A stretch of 64,000 nt of DNA from Candidatus Zixiibacteriota bacterium (GTDB taxonomy: Bacteria; Zixibacteria; MSB-5A5; SM1-73): positions 38,796 to 102,795 of the forward strand of contig JBAVQU010000061.1 of assembly GCA_049694315.1 (NCBI GenBank), written 5' to 3'. Below, piece by piece: positions 56,233 through 64,000 of this stretch; position 1 is the first letter of the stretch; the number at the start of each line of letters is the position of its first letter. The notes beneath the pieces were generated by a model. It was not told the origin of the DNA, made no database searches, and saw only the letters and a list, made by a program, of their open reading frames with translations. Made by a program: the position numbers and the translations under genes.

Positions 56233-59200
56233 TTATCGCACCACCGCGAATTTCCCGATCTTTTCTCCGTATGGCGAATCCACATGGTAGATGTAAACGC
56301 CGGATGCGATCTTCTGGTTGTTTTTGGTCAAAAGATCCCAGTTCTCGTTGCCGTCCAGATCCGCGCTGTTATGTTCCAAGGTGCGAAGAAGATCACCGGA
56401 CAGAGTATATATCCGGAGGGTGCATCTGTTTGGAAGGTGGGTGAAGGCGATCCGGGAATAATCCCCACTGGGCTCCCAGTTGTTACGAACGATGTAAGGA
56501 TTCGGCACCACCTTTATTCGATTCAAATCCACCTGGTTCGCTTCTATATGCTTCTCGTTAGTCTTGATCGTGAAGACATCCTCGTGCGTATTGGGTTTCC
56601 AGGTTATCAGCAGGGCATTATCTCCCTTGGCCCAGACCGGATCTACTTCATTGAAAGCAGCGCGGTAGTCCCAATCGTGTCGCGACATCGGTTTTGAGGT
56701 GTCGAGGCTCCAATAGGCGGCGTTGCCGGGATCATGATCGGGGTTGGAGAAGAAATCCTCCGCATAAGTGTTGCCGCTGGTGTTTTTGTCCAGAAGAATG
56801 ATGTAATCGTCGGTATGGAATCTCCCGTCTCCATAGAAGTCATACATCAAAGGCCAGATCCTGACGTCATCGCTGACGTCCTCGACGTTCGGACCCAGAT
56901 CCCAGACTTCAAAGGGGACGCTTATGTGGGTGGTATCTGCCCGGAAATGGCCCCAGGGAGTATTACCCTGAACGTCCCGATAGAACCCTTGAGCGGTGGT
57001 ATCCCCTGGACCAGCCACGAATTTGATTCGAAAATTCCTGAAGTCACCGTTTGCCAGAGCGTTCCTCCCGCCGATATAGACCTCGTTGAAGAACCAAGAC
57101 AGCCCATGAGAGTTCAATTTGGTCAGATCGGCGTTGAACCCCAATTCGGCCGGTCCCATCACCTTAAACACCATTCCGTCTACCACTGGGTAGTCGTTGT
57201 TCCCAGTCTGGTTGGCCATGTTATCCAACAACACTGTATCTGCGGTCACGTCCTTGAGATACCAGAGCAGTGGAATGTCTCCTTCATGGAACCCCACCTC
57301 ATACACATGTCCGGTGACCGCATCCGGCTGCACAGTCGTCACCTGCACCGTGCCATCGCTACTTCCAGGCGCGTGCGTCACATTGTATGCGCTTCCTTGG
57401 ACCAGTCCCGAGGCGTTAGAGCGGGGAGTGACCGCAACCGCGCTTATCCCGTTCTGGAGGCTACGGGGCGAAGCAAAGGGCTGGAAGTCGTAGGCCACCA
57501 CATCGTAGTAATAGGTCATTCCGTTGATCAGTCCGGTATCTACGTAAGAGTAGCCCAGTTGACTATTCGCACCTTCGGGCTCTTCCAGGTGCCCGGTGAT
57601 TTCAAATACGAGGTTATCGGTCGGCACGTACGAGGGATTGTCCCCCTTGAAATGGATCAGCATTCCGCCGAATAACAGATAACAGTCGTCGAAATAGTTG
57701 TCGTAAGTCCCATCCGCTATTCTTTCGGCGGTGCTTCGGCTCACGAAGAGAGTATCCCCTTCCAGAGAAAACACCTCAAAAAGATAAGGTGGCTCGCCGG
57801 GGGGTAACCAGTGATTCTCTTTTTTTGAAGGAGGAATGCCTACTCCGAGGGTCAGGTCAGTGACGGAAAAGGAGGTATCGGCTTTCACCTGCACCAGGTA
57901 CTGGTGGCCGGTAAAGAGTGACGTGGAGCCTTCCACCAGAATGTAGTTCTCCGTGTTCAACTCATCATAGGTGACCGCTCCGGCAAACGTGGGGCCGGAG
58001 AGTTGCTGGACATCGACGTGTCGCGGCGTCACACTGCTCTTGTCCCAGGAGGAGAGAAGCTCGAAGCTTCCGGGCAGGCCGGTGGTGCTTCGGTAAAGCC
58101 GGTAGCCTTCGAAGTCCATCTCTTTGTAGTTGGGATCATACAAGGGATTAGTGGGATCGCTGGTGAATTTGAAGTATGGATCTTTCGAGGACTCCGACGA
58201 GTTATCCCAGCCGATCAAAACCTTCTTGTCGTCGGGAACCACTGAGATGTTGGGCTTGTCCGGAGGACGGGGAAGGATGAATCCGATATCGTAAATCGAC
58301 TGGGCAATGTCGGCCACCCTGGGAAGCTGAACTCTGTCCGGAGCCATCATCACTGCCACTACAACCCTGACGGTGTCACCAACCACCGTGTCGATGCTGG
58401 CTATTTTCAGGGTGTCCGTGGATGAATTCCAGCTGTATACTGTGTCGACCACTGTGTCTCCCACTGCTGCCAAGAGGAATGGCCCGGTGTTCTGGAAGAA
58501 TCTTTGGTCATTCGGACTGGTTCCGCTTCCCAAATCGAAAGGAGCATAACGCTGGTCACCCGACGTCGGGTAGTTGTGTCCGGCCATGATCAGGAACTTC
58601 TCCGGCTCGTTCGCGGGATCACCCGACTCCAGATCCGAAACCTTGAAGGAGGTTAACCCCAGGGAATTTCCCCTTCTAACGTCTTTCACATAGACCCCAT
58701 TGCCGTTTACGTTCAGGGAATCGTCGCTGATCTGGTCATCACCGTTCAAATCCACGTCGTAAGTGGCCAGAGGGCTTTCCAGAAACTTGTAGGCTAAATA
58801 GCCCGGTATCCTGCCGAATCCCTGTTCGGCGTTGTCGCTGTCGTAGGCATACCCCAAATTCCGGGTCTTGTCAATGCCGACCAGATCGTCTCTGGCATTG
58901 GGCCCGATATCGGGATCGCACATGACCGAGACAAAGCAGTTCCTTATGGGTCTTTTGTCCTCTCTGATGTTTACGATCTGGTAGATGAAGAAGTGAATGG
59001 TCTTGTTGTTGTCGTAGTTCCAGGAGTGGGTGCGTTGTATCACCTTGACTCCCAAGCCGAATTTGGCAATGTCTTTTCCGTCTCCGGCGTTGGAGTTTAT
59101 GCCGGTGTCCCACCTTTCTGGGTCCTGATCGTCATACTCCGTATAGCTGTCTTCAATCCCAACTAATATCGGATTGTCGGCATTGTCCCGTAAGGGCCAG

Positions 59201-59718
59201 AAATTGGCGGCACTATAGTCCTCGGGGTGGTCACTGATGAATATGTCCGTGACTCCGGCGAATTCTCCGGCTCCGCTGCTGGGTTCATATCCCACCGCCA
59301 CCCGGGGGTCGGAGAGCGTTCGATAAAGAACCTCATCCCTGGTTGACCCCGAATTGTTGAAACTCAAGGTCTGTAGGCTGGGATTGTTCACGGTTCCCCC
59401 CACCCATAAGCCGGCGCCATAGATGTAAAACTCGTTGGTACCTTTGGGCCACTCTCCCCCTGCCGATCCCACGTCCACAAACTGCCCAAAAACAGAGTAG
59501 TTGGTCATGGGGATTCGGAAATCGTTGATGTCCAGACCATGCCTGATGTATCTGGTTTTGTTACTAAAGTGTTCTGTCTGGGCCATCTTTGCCAGCCGGG
59601 GGGAACCCTTCTGGCCCGCGGTTCGAGCTTGGTTTTCGGTGGGCAGCAGTGCAAATAGAAGGAGGAACAAGAAGACAACCCCGCCCGAGATTGCGCGTTT
59701 CTTAACGAATTTCTCCAT
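56233..59718 (-). CDS. Large secreted protein of unknown function with an FN3-like segment and a C-terminal T9SS type-A sorting domain (cargo 2, paralog of cargo 1)
   Basis: The start was moved to ATG 59718, which lies 7 nt after an AAGGAG SD and gives the signal peptide 'MEKFVKKRAISGGVVFLFLLLFALLP'. The CTD 'RIKVVPNPY...FTHLPNRCTLRIYTLSGDLL...GVYIYHVDSPYGEKIGKFAVVR' is near-identical in pattern to cargo 1. The N-region motif 'GGEWPKGT' is shared with cargo 1. Confidence 0.7.
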   Translation of the reverse strand: MEKFVKKRAISGGVVFLFLLLFALLPTENQARTAGQKGSPRLAKMAQTEHFSNKTRYIRHGLDINDFRIPMTNYSVFGQFVDVGSAGGEWPKGTNEFYIYGAGLWVGGTVNNPSLQTLSFNNSGSTRDEVLYRTLSDPRVAVGYEPSSGAGEFAGVTDIFISDHPEDYSAANFWPLRDNADNPILVGIEDSYTEYDDQDPERWDTGINSNAGDGKDIAKFGLGVKVIQRTHSWNYDNNKTIHFFIYQIVNIREDKRPIRNCFVSVMCDPDIGPNARDDLVGIDKTRNLGYAYDSDNAEQGFGRIPGYLAYKFLESPLATYDVDLNGDDQISDDSLNVNGNGVYVKDVRRGNSLGLTSFKVSDLESGDPANEPEKFLIMAGHNYPTSGDQRYAPFDLGSGTSPNDQRFFQNTGPFLLAAVGDTVVDTVYSWNSSTDTLKIASIDTVVGDTVRVVVAVMMAPDRVQLPRVADIAQSIYDIGFILPRPPDKPNISVVPDDKKVLIGWDNSSESSKDPYFKFTSDPTNPLYDPNYKEMDFEGYRLYRSTTGLPGSFELLSSWDKSSVTPRHVDVQQLSGPTFAGAVTYDELNTENYILVEGSTSLFTGHQYLVQVKADTSFSVTDLTLGVGIPPSKKENHWLPPGEPPYLFEVFSLEGDTLFVSRSTAERIADGTYDNYFDDCYLLFGGMLIHFKGDNPSYVPTDNLVFEITGHLEEPEGANSQLGYSYVDTGLINGMTYYYDVVAYDFQPFASPRSLQNGISAVAVTPRSNASGLVQGSAYNVTHAPGSSDGTVQVTTVQPDAVTGHVYEVGFHEGDIPLLWYLKDVTADTVLLDNMANQTGNNDYPVVDGMVFKVMGPAELGFNADLTKLNSHGLSWFFNEVYIGGRNALANGDFRNFRIKFVAGPGDTTAQGFYRDVQGNTPWGHFRADTTHISVPFEVWDLGPNVEDVSDDVRIWPLMYDFYGDGRFHTDDYIILLDKNTSGNTYAEDFFSNPDHDPGNAAYWSLDTSKPMSRHDWDYRAAFNEVDPVWAKGDNALLITWKPNTHEDVFTIKTNEKHIEANQVDLNRIKVVPNPYIVRNNWEPSGDYSRIAFTHLPNRCTLRIYTLSGDLLRTLEHNSADLDGNENWDLLTKNNQKIASGVYIYHVDSPYGEKIGKFAVVR

Positions 59719-59783
59719 GTCAAATCTCCTTTTCAATGATTCTTTGCTCTCACGTCAATGCTGGCTTCATGGTTTGATCACCC

Positions 59784-62678
59784 TCAGAATGCGATGTAGA
59801 AGCCGACACTGATCTGGCGAGGAGGTCCGTAGTTCATGGGGTCATTGACATACACGTCGTACGCTTTGCTGTATGCCGCGTATTGCTCCTCCGCACTGAT
59901 GACTCCATCTCCGTTCGTGTCCTTCACCTGGATCCAATTCCAGTACTGGTTGCTCACGTTTTCTCCCGGAGCTCCTATGGCCCCCGGATTTAGCCGATAG
60001 CCATCTTCGTTGGGAAGTCCGGTGGCCGGATAGACGTCCAGCACGTTGATCCGGTCAAAGAGATTCATTATCTGAACGAAGAAGTTGATTTCCCTTCCGC
60101 TGATCTTGAAACTCTTGTCTATGGTTAAGTCCGTGTCGTAGGTCCAGGGCTTGCGATACTCATTCGTGGTTCCGACCCGGTTGCCTCGGTAATCCCTTTT
60201 GGTGTAAGGAAGACCGCTTGACGCCTCGGAGACCACACTTATCCCGAAGTCCCGTAGAGCAGTGACTTCAAAATCAGTGGGAAACCTCCAATCGGCCTGC
60301 AGCTCAAAGCTGTGCCTCCGGTCAAAGTCTAACGGTTTCACGCTCGACGGGAAAACCCTCGGCAGTCCGGTTACCGGATCGGTGGCATCGCGGGAGTGGT
60401 ACTCATACTGGTCGTCTTCGTCCGAGTTGGTCCCTTCTGCATACTGAAGCACGTAGCTCAAATTGAAGGAAAGGTATTTTCGGGGCCGCTGGGACAAGGT
60501 CACCTCCATCCCCTTCACGTTGGCATAGTCTAAGTTCTTGAGCACGTCGTAGGGAGTGGGGGAGATGAAGATCCTTTGGTACTGCACCATGTTGTAAACG
60601 TCCTTGTAATAAGCCGCGACGTTGAACTTCATGTCCCGGCTTATGGCCCGAGTCAAGCCCAGCTCATACTGTATGTTCCTGCTCGGCTTCAATCCTGGGT
60701 TCCCCACTACCTGATTTCCCCTCTGCAGATTGGGATTCAGAGAGAGGTATAGGTCGTGGAAGGTTGGCTGTTGCGTGAAATGCCCGTAATTGAAAAAGAC
60801 GGTCATCTTGTCGGAAACCGGATGAGAAATTCCCAACCTGGGGCTGAAGGTTACGTCAGTGCTCACGGCTGAGTCTCTGGCTTCAGGGTGCAGATCCGGT
60901 CTGTTCGGGACATCGGTATCGCTGGGCCAGACTTTCGCGTCCTTGCTCAGGTAATCGACTCGGCCCCCGACGTTCACCACCAAGCCCTGAAATTCGATCT
61001 TGTCCTGAAGGTAAACGTCCCCCCCCACCGGGTGATAGGTGTAGACGTCTATGAAAGTCAAGGGATCCCAGGGAAGGCTGTTGTAATGTCTTTTGATGGT
61101 GTATTGGTTCAACTCTACCCCAGACTTGATCTGGTTGTGGAAGTTCACCTGGCTGGTGGCGTCCACTTTGTAGGTGTAAACGTCACTTCTCCTCGACTCA
61201 AACAGCCTGGTGTCGCCGTAAGAGTAGAACAGGCCGTTCACCGCCAGAGGGTAGTTCTGGTACTCCACCGCCTTCCGATATCTTTTCCAGTCGGTGGTAT
61301 CGGGCGACGGGTCGGCAAACTTGTAGTCACTCCACCAGTGTCCGTCCCAGACTTCATCCTTATGCTGGGAGATGAAGGCTTGCGCCAGATCCGGATCATC
61401 CGGATACATTTCGTTGGCGGTCCGTTCCAGGAAAGCTTGATCCAAGCGTCTGCCCGTGGTGAAGGCGTTGCTGAAGAACCCAAATTTGGCCTCATAGAAG
61501 GTGTTCTTGGAGACCGAGTGAGTCAAGGCCAGATAAGCCTGCCTGGCCTTCTCCAAGGTGCAGTCGTAACCCTCCAAATCGTAAAGATAAGTGTGATTAT
61601 ACCTCTCATATTGCCGCCGATTGTCAAAGCCTCCGGCGCGCAGGGTCATGGAAGGGGTAAGCTTAAAAGTAAGCTTACCTTGCGTGCGGTAGGTCTGCTG
61701 TTGGTGGTGAGGCAGCTCGTGCAGTCGAGGTCCCCAGTCATCGGTCAGATACAGGTTGCCGCTCAAATAGTAGCTCAGCTTCTCCTGTGTGCCCGGCACC
61801 GGTCCTGCCAGGCTCAGGAAGTGCTCATTGGTTCCGAGGTCATACTTATTTTCTAAAAGCTGGTCCGTGGAGTACTGATATCTTCCTGACAACTGGGCTC
61901 CACCCTCCTGGGTCACGTAGTTGACAATGCCGGACATGGCATTGCCGTACTCAGCATTGAATCCGCTGGTGATCAGCTGCGCCTCGGCAATGGTAAAATG
62001 ACTCAGATTGGTGGCCTGACCCGCCAGGATAGGGTCGGTGATGGACAGCCCGTCCACCATGTACACTACCTCTTCGGGGCGCCCCCCTCTCAAAGTTATC
62101 CCCGGATTGGCAGTGTCGGTCACCCGATTGCCTTCATTTCCAATTGCCGTGCCCACATTTCCCTGATTGATCGGTCCGCCGATGGGGTCGAAGACCACGC
62201 CCGGTGTCCGTTGAATGATTCCGTCCGAGTTGATAACCGGACGATGAATTATGTCTGCGGAGGTAACTATATGGGCGGTGGATGTTAGGTCCGGCTCGAA
62301 TATCGGTCTTTCCGCCGTCACCGTAACCCCTTTCATTTCCAAGGCCTGAGCGGACAAAGTGAAATCTACGGTGGTGGTTAGATCCAAAAGCACTTGAACG
62401 TTTTCCATCTCCACCGGAGTGTAGCCGATCAGGGTGGTTTTGAGCTTGTATGCTCCGGGAGGGACATTCAAAATGAAGTACTCTCCTTTTTCATTTGCTG
62501 CCGCTCCCATAGTAGTTCCCTCAATCACCACTGCCACCCCCGGGAGCCGCTCACCGGTATCCTTGTCCTTGACTATTCCTGCTATCTTTCCGGTGGTTCC
62601 AGCCTGCACCCAGGAACAGAGAACAAGGAACAGAATGCTCCAGGTGAGCACGAGCCTGAATACTTGTTTGCTTTTCAA
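59784..62678 (-). CDS. SusC/RagA-like TonB-dependent outer-membrane transporter (paralog of 4794-7493)
   Basis: The N-terminal 'GKIAGIVKDKDTGERLPGVAVVIEGTTMGAAANEKGEYFILNVPPGAYKLKTTLIGY' aligns residue-for-residue with TBDT 1. It ends 'VGFYIAF'. It starts on TTG 5 nt after a GGAGGAG SD. Confidence 0.8.
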   Translation of the reverse strand: MKSKQVFRLVLTWSILFLVLCSWVQAGTTGKIAGIVKDKDTGERLPGVAVVIEGTTMGAAANEKGEYFILNVPPGAYKLKTTLIGYTPVEMENVQVLLDLTTTVDFTLSAQALEMKGVTVTAERPIFEPDLTSTAHIVTSADIIHRPVINSDGIIQRTPGVVFDPIGGPINQGNVGTAIGNEGNRVTDTANPGITLRGGRPEEVVYMVDGLSITDPILAGQATNLSHFTIAEAQLITSGFNAEYGNAMSGIVNYVTQEGGAQLSGRYQYSTDQLLENKYDLGTNEHFLSLAGPVPGTQEKLSYYLSGNLYLTDDWGPRLHELPHHQQQTYRTQGKLTFKLTPSMTLRAGGFDNRRQYERYNHTYLYDLEGYDCTLEKARQAYLALTHSVSKNTFYEAKFGFFSNAFTTGRRLDQAFLERTANEMYPDDPDLAQAFISQHKDEVWDGHWWSDYKFADPSPDTTDWKRYRKAVEYQNYPLAVNGLFYSYGDTRLFESRRSDVYTYKVDATSQVNFHNQIKSGVELNQYTIKRHYNSLPWDPLTFIDVYTYHPVGGDVYLQDKIEFQGLVVNVGGRVDYLSKDAKVWPSDTDVPNRPDLHPEARDSAVSTDVTFSPRLGISHPVSDKMTVFFNYGHFTQQPTFHDLYLSLNPNLQRGNQVVGNPGLKPSRNIQYELGLTRAISRDMKFNVAAYYKDVYNMVQYQRIFISPTPYDVLKNLDYANVKGMEVTLSQRPRKYLSFNLSYVLQYAEGTNSDEDDQYEYHSRDATDPVTGLPRVFPSSVKPLDFDRRHSFELQADWRFPTDFEVTALRDFGISVVSEASSGLPYTKRDYRGNRVGTTNEYRKPWTYDTDLTIDKSFKISGREINFFVQIMNLFDRINVLDVYPATGLPNEDGYRLNPGAIGAPGENVSNQYWNWIQVKDTNGDGVISAEEQYAAYSKAYDVYVNDPMNYGPPRQISVGFYIAF

Positions 62679-63202
62679 TTCATCTCCTCCTGTTGAAAAG
62701 TTGACCTTTCGAGGTTAGCTGAAACGTTATCTACTTTGGCCATTCACCTCCTTTGCGGTTTGCCGGCTCGTCGCCAAGCTTGCCATAGATAAAAAAGGTT
62801 ATGTTTGGTTCAGTCTCTTTAGGATGAGTTCTGCACGTTGAACCGGTATTGCTCAGACCCGATCTCTTCCATCCCATGTTCTGTGGATTTCGCTACCGCC
62901 GGACTGCCGGATAACCGCGAGAGAATGCTGATCCACAACATCGAAGAAGGGTCTTAGTGCTCAGCAAATGCACAATCTGCAGGAATAGTTTCGACCTCCT
63001 GTCGTCACTTAGAACCGTCGAGGGGACTACTGATGGGTGCTACTAAGCTTTTGCCGGTTTACATGTTATATGATCGACAGGCGGGCCGAAAAGTTTAGAG
63101 CGCAAAGGTAGAGAAAACGTGTGAACCAACCTTTTCTCAAATTGCCGGAAATCGGCATTTTGAGCGGCTTATTCCAGGGGTCACACTAAGGAGTCTAATC
63201 CG

Positions 63203-63433
63203 ATGACTCCTCTTATGGTGAGTTGTGATGAAGATGACTGCTCCAATGGGAGTTTCGTGTTGGCAAAAAGGTTGGATTTGGTTGATAATATGCTACAGAT
63301 TGGACCTAAAGCTGAAAACGTTTTCAGTTTGGAGCCGATTTATGCCAAAAAAGACGATGTCCAGTTGATCCAAGCCATGGAGTTACTTGTTGGGGTCAAA
63401 GCGGTTCAGGAGCAAGAAGATTCCGTTGCTTGA
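63203..63433 (+). CDS. Hypothetical small acidic protein (76 aa)
   Basis: An AAGGAG SD lies 9 nt upstream. Its stop overlaps the start of the next ORF in a TTGA arrangement. It resembles nothing recognised. Confidence 0.25.
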   Translation: MTPLMVSCDEDDCSNGSFVLAKRLDLVDNMLQIGPKAENVFSLEPIYAKKDDVQLIQAMELLVGVKAVQEQEDSVA

Positions 63434-63696
63434 ATTGTCAGAAAACACTTACCTGGAGACAACCCGTTACCCGCTGTCTGAAATGGCTAAACGGAGGAAA
63501 TGTCTCTGTGCTTAGTTCTTTTTCGAAGAGGAGCAACCAAACTACTCGTAAGACGATTCCTTGGTTTCTTGACTATCTACCACTTCCTGAGCCCAAAGTG
63601 AATTTTGATTGTCATCTGGTCCTGGATGCCACCTGGTTTGGTAGGCAACATGGTTTTCTTATCTATTGGGATGCGGATCTTAAGCATACTCGATGA
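63430..63696 (+). pseudogene. Possible truncated transposase-like fragment
   Basis: It is 88 aa and basic. The segment 'PKVNFDCHLVLDATWFGRQHGFLIYWDADL' loosely recalls the first-Asp region of DDE transposases (ISL3-like 'GIDEFAFRKGHRY..VVVD'). No long downstream ORF exists in any frame. The call is very tentative. Confidence 0.2.
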
Positions 63697-64000
63697 TGGC
63701 GGTAGGCAGCCAGTGAAAACAGTGATGAGATCATTCAAGACCCAATCAACTTAAAGAAAGCTAATGTTATTCGTTCCGGTATCACCTCGGAGGGCGGAGG
63801 AGGCACACGAAAAACATTGAGACGGTCTATCCCAATATTCCTCACCAGCGACGCATGACACCTGTACAAAGGGTGGGACTCTCACTTCTTACCAGAAATC
63901 CTAAAACTCAAGCAGGACAAGAGCTCCGACCTCTGGTTAAGACCATCACCCCAATTGAAAACAAACCACGAGATGAGCGGGTCGATCAATTTCCTCTTTG

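Noticed and set aside
1-64000. A search for tRNA, tmRNA and rRNA genes
   Set aside because: No GGTTCGAATCC-type T-arm motifs, CCA-adjacent acceptor stems or rRNA-like conserved blocks were found in any intergenic region, so no call was made.

Overview
This 64-kb window is roughly 50% GC and densely coding. It looks like a diderm bacterium of the FCB group or a candidate phylum. It has outer-membrane machinery (SusC-like TonB-dependent transporters, an Omp85-type barrel, and type-A T9SS C-terminal sorting domains on three large secreted proteins), but its housekeeping gene order is Firmicutes-like: holB-ricT(yaaT)-metG-tatD-ksgA, ffh-rpsP-rimM-trmD-rplS, and rsmB-PASTA-rpe. The housekeeping core covers ftsEX-envC, holB, PSP1, metG, a TatD::radical-SAM fusion, ksgA, pdxJ, lepB, murA, the ffh/rpsP/rimM/trmD/rplS operon, rpe, rsmB, a fused B12-rSAM/DUF2344 protein, an EmrAB-like efflux pair, and an IDH/IPMDH-family dehydrogenase. 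At both ends of the window there is a three-gene minus-strand cassette: a SusC-like TonB-dependent transporter, then a very large secreted protein with a T9SS type-A CTD, then a FadL/PorV-like outer-membrane barrel. The two cassettes are paralogous across all three genes. A third locus has a BNR/Asp-box beta-propeller protein with a T9SS CTD followed by two more PorV/FadL-like paralogs, giving four PorV-like genes in 64 kb. Other unusual points are an Omp85 barrel that carries an HExxH peptidase-like domain and a PD40 propeller instead of POTRA repeats, a four-gene two-component cluster immediately upstream of cassette 1, two radical-SAM fusion proteins, a kinase-less PASTA protein, and several ORF-free structured intergenic regions. 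No rRNA, tRNA or CRISPR array was recognised. Every call rests on by-eye motif recognition in the supplied translations; no database search was run.
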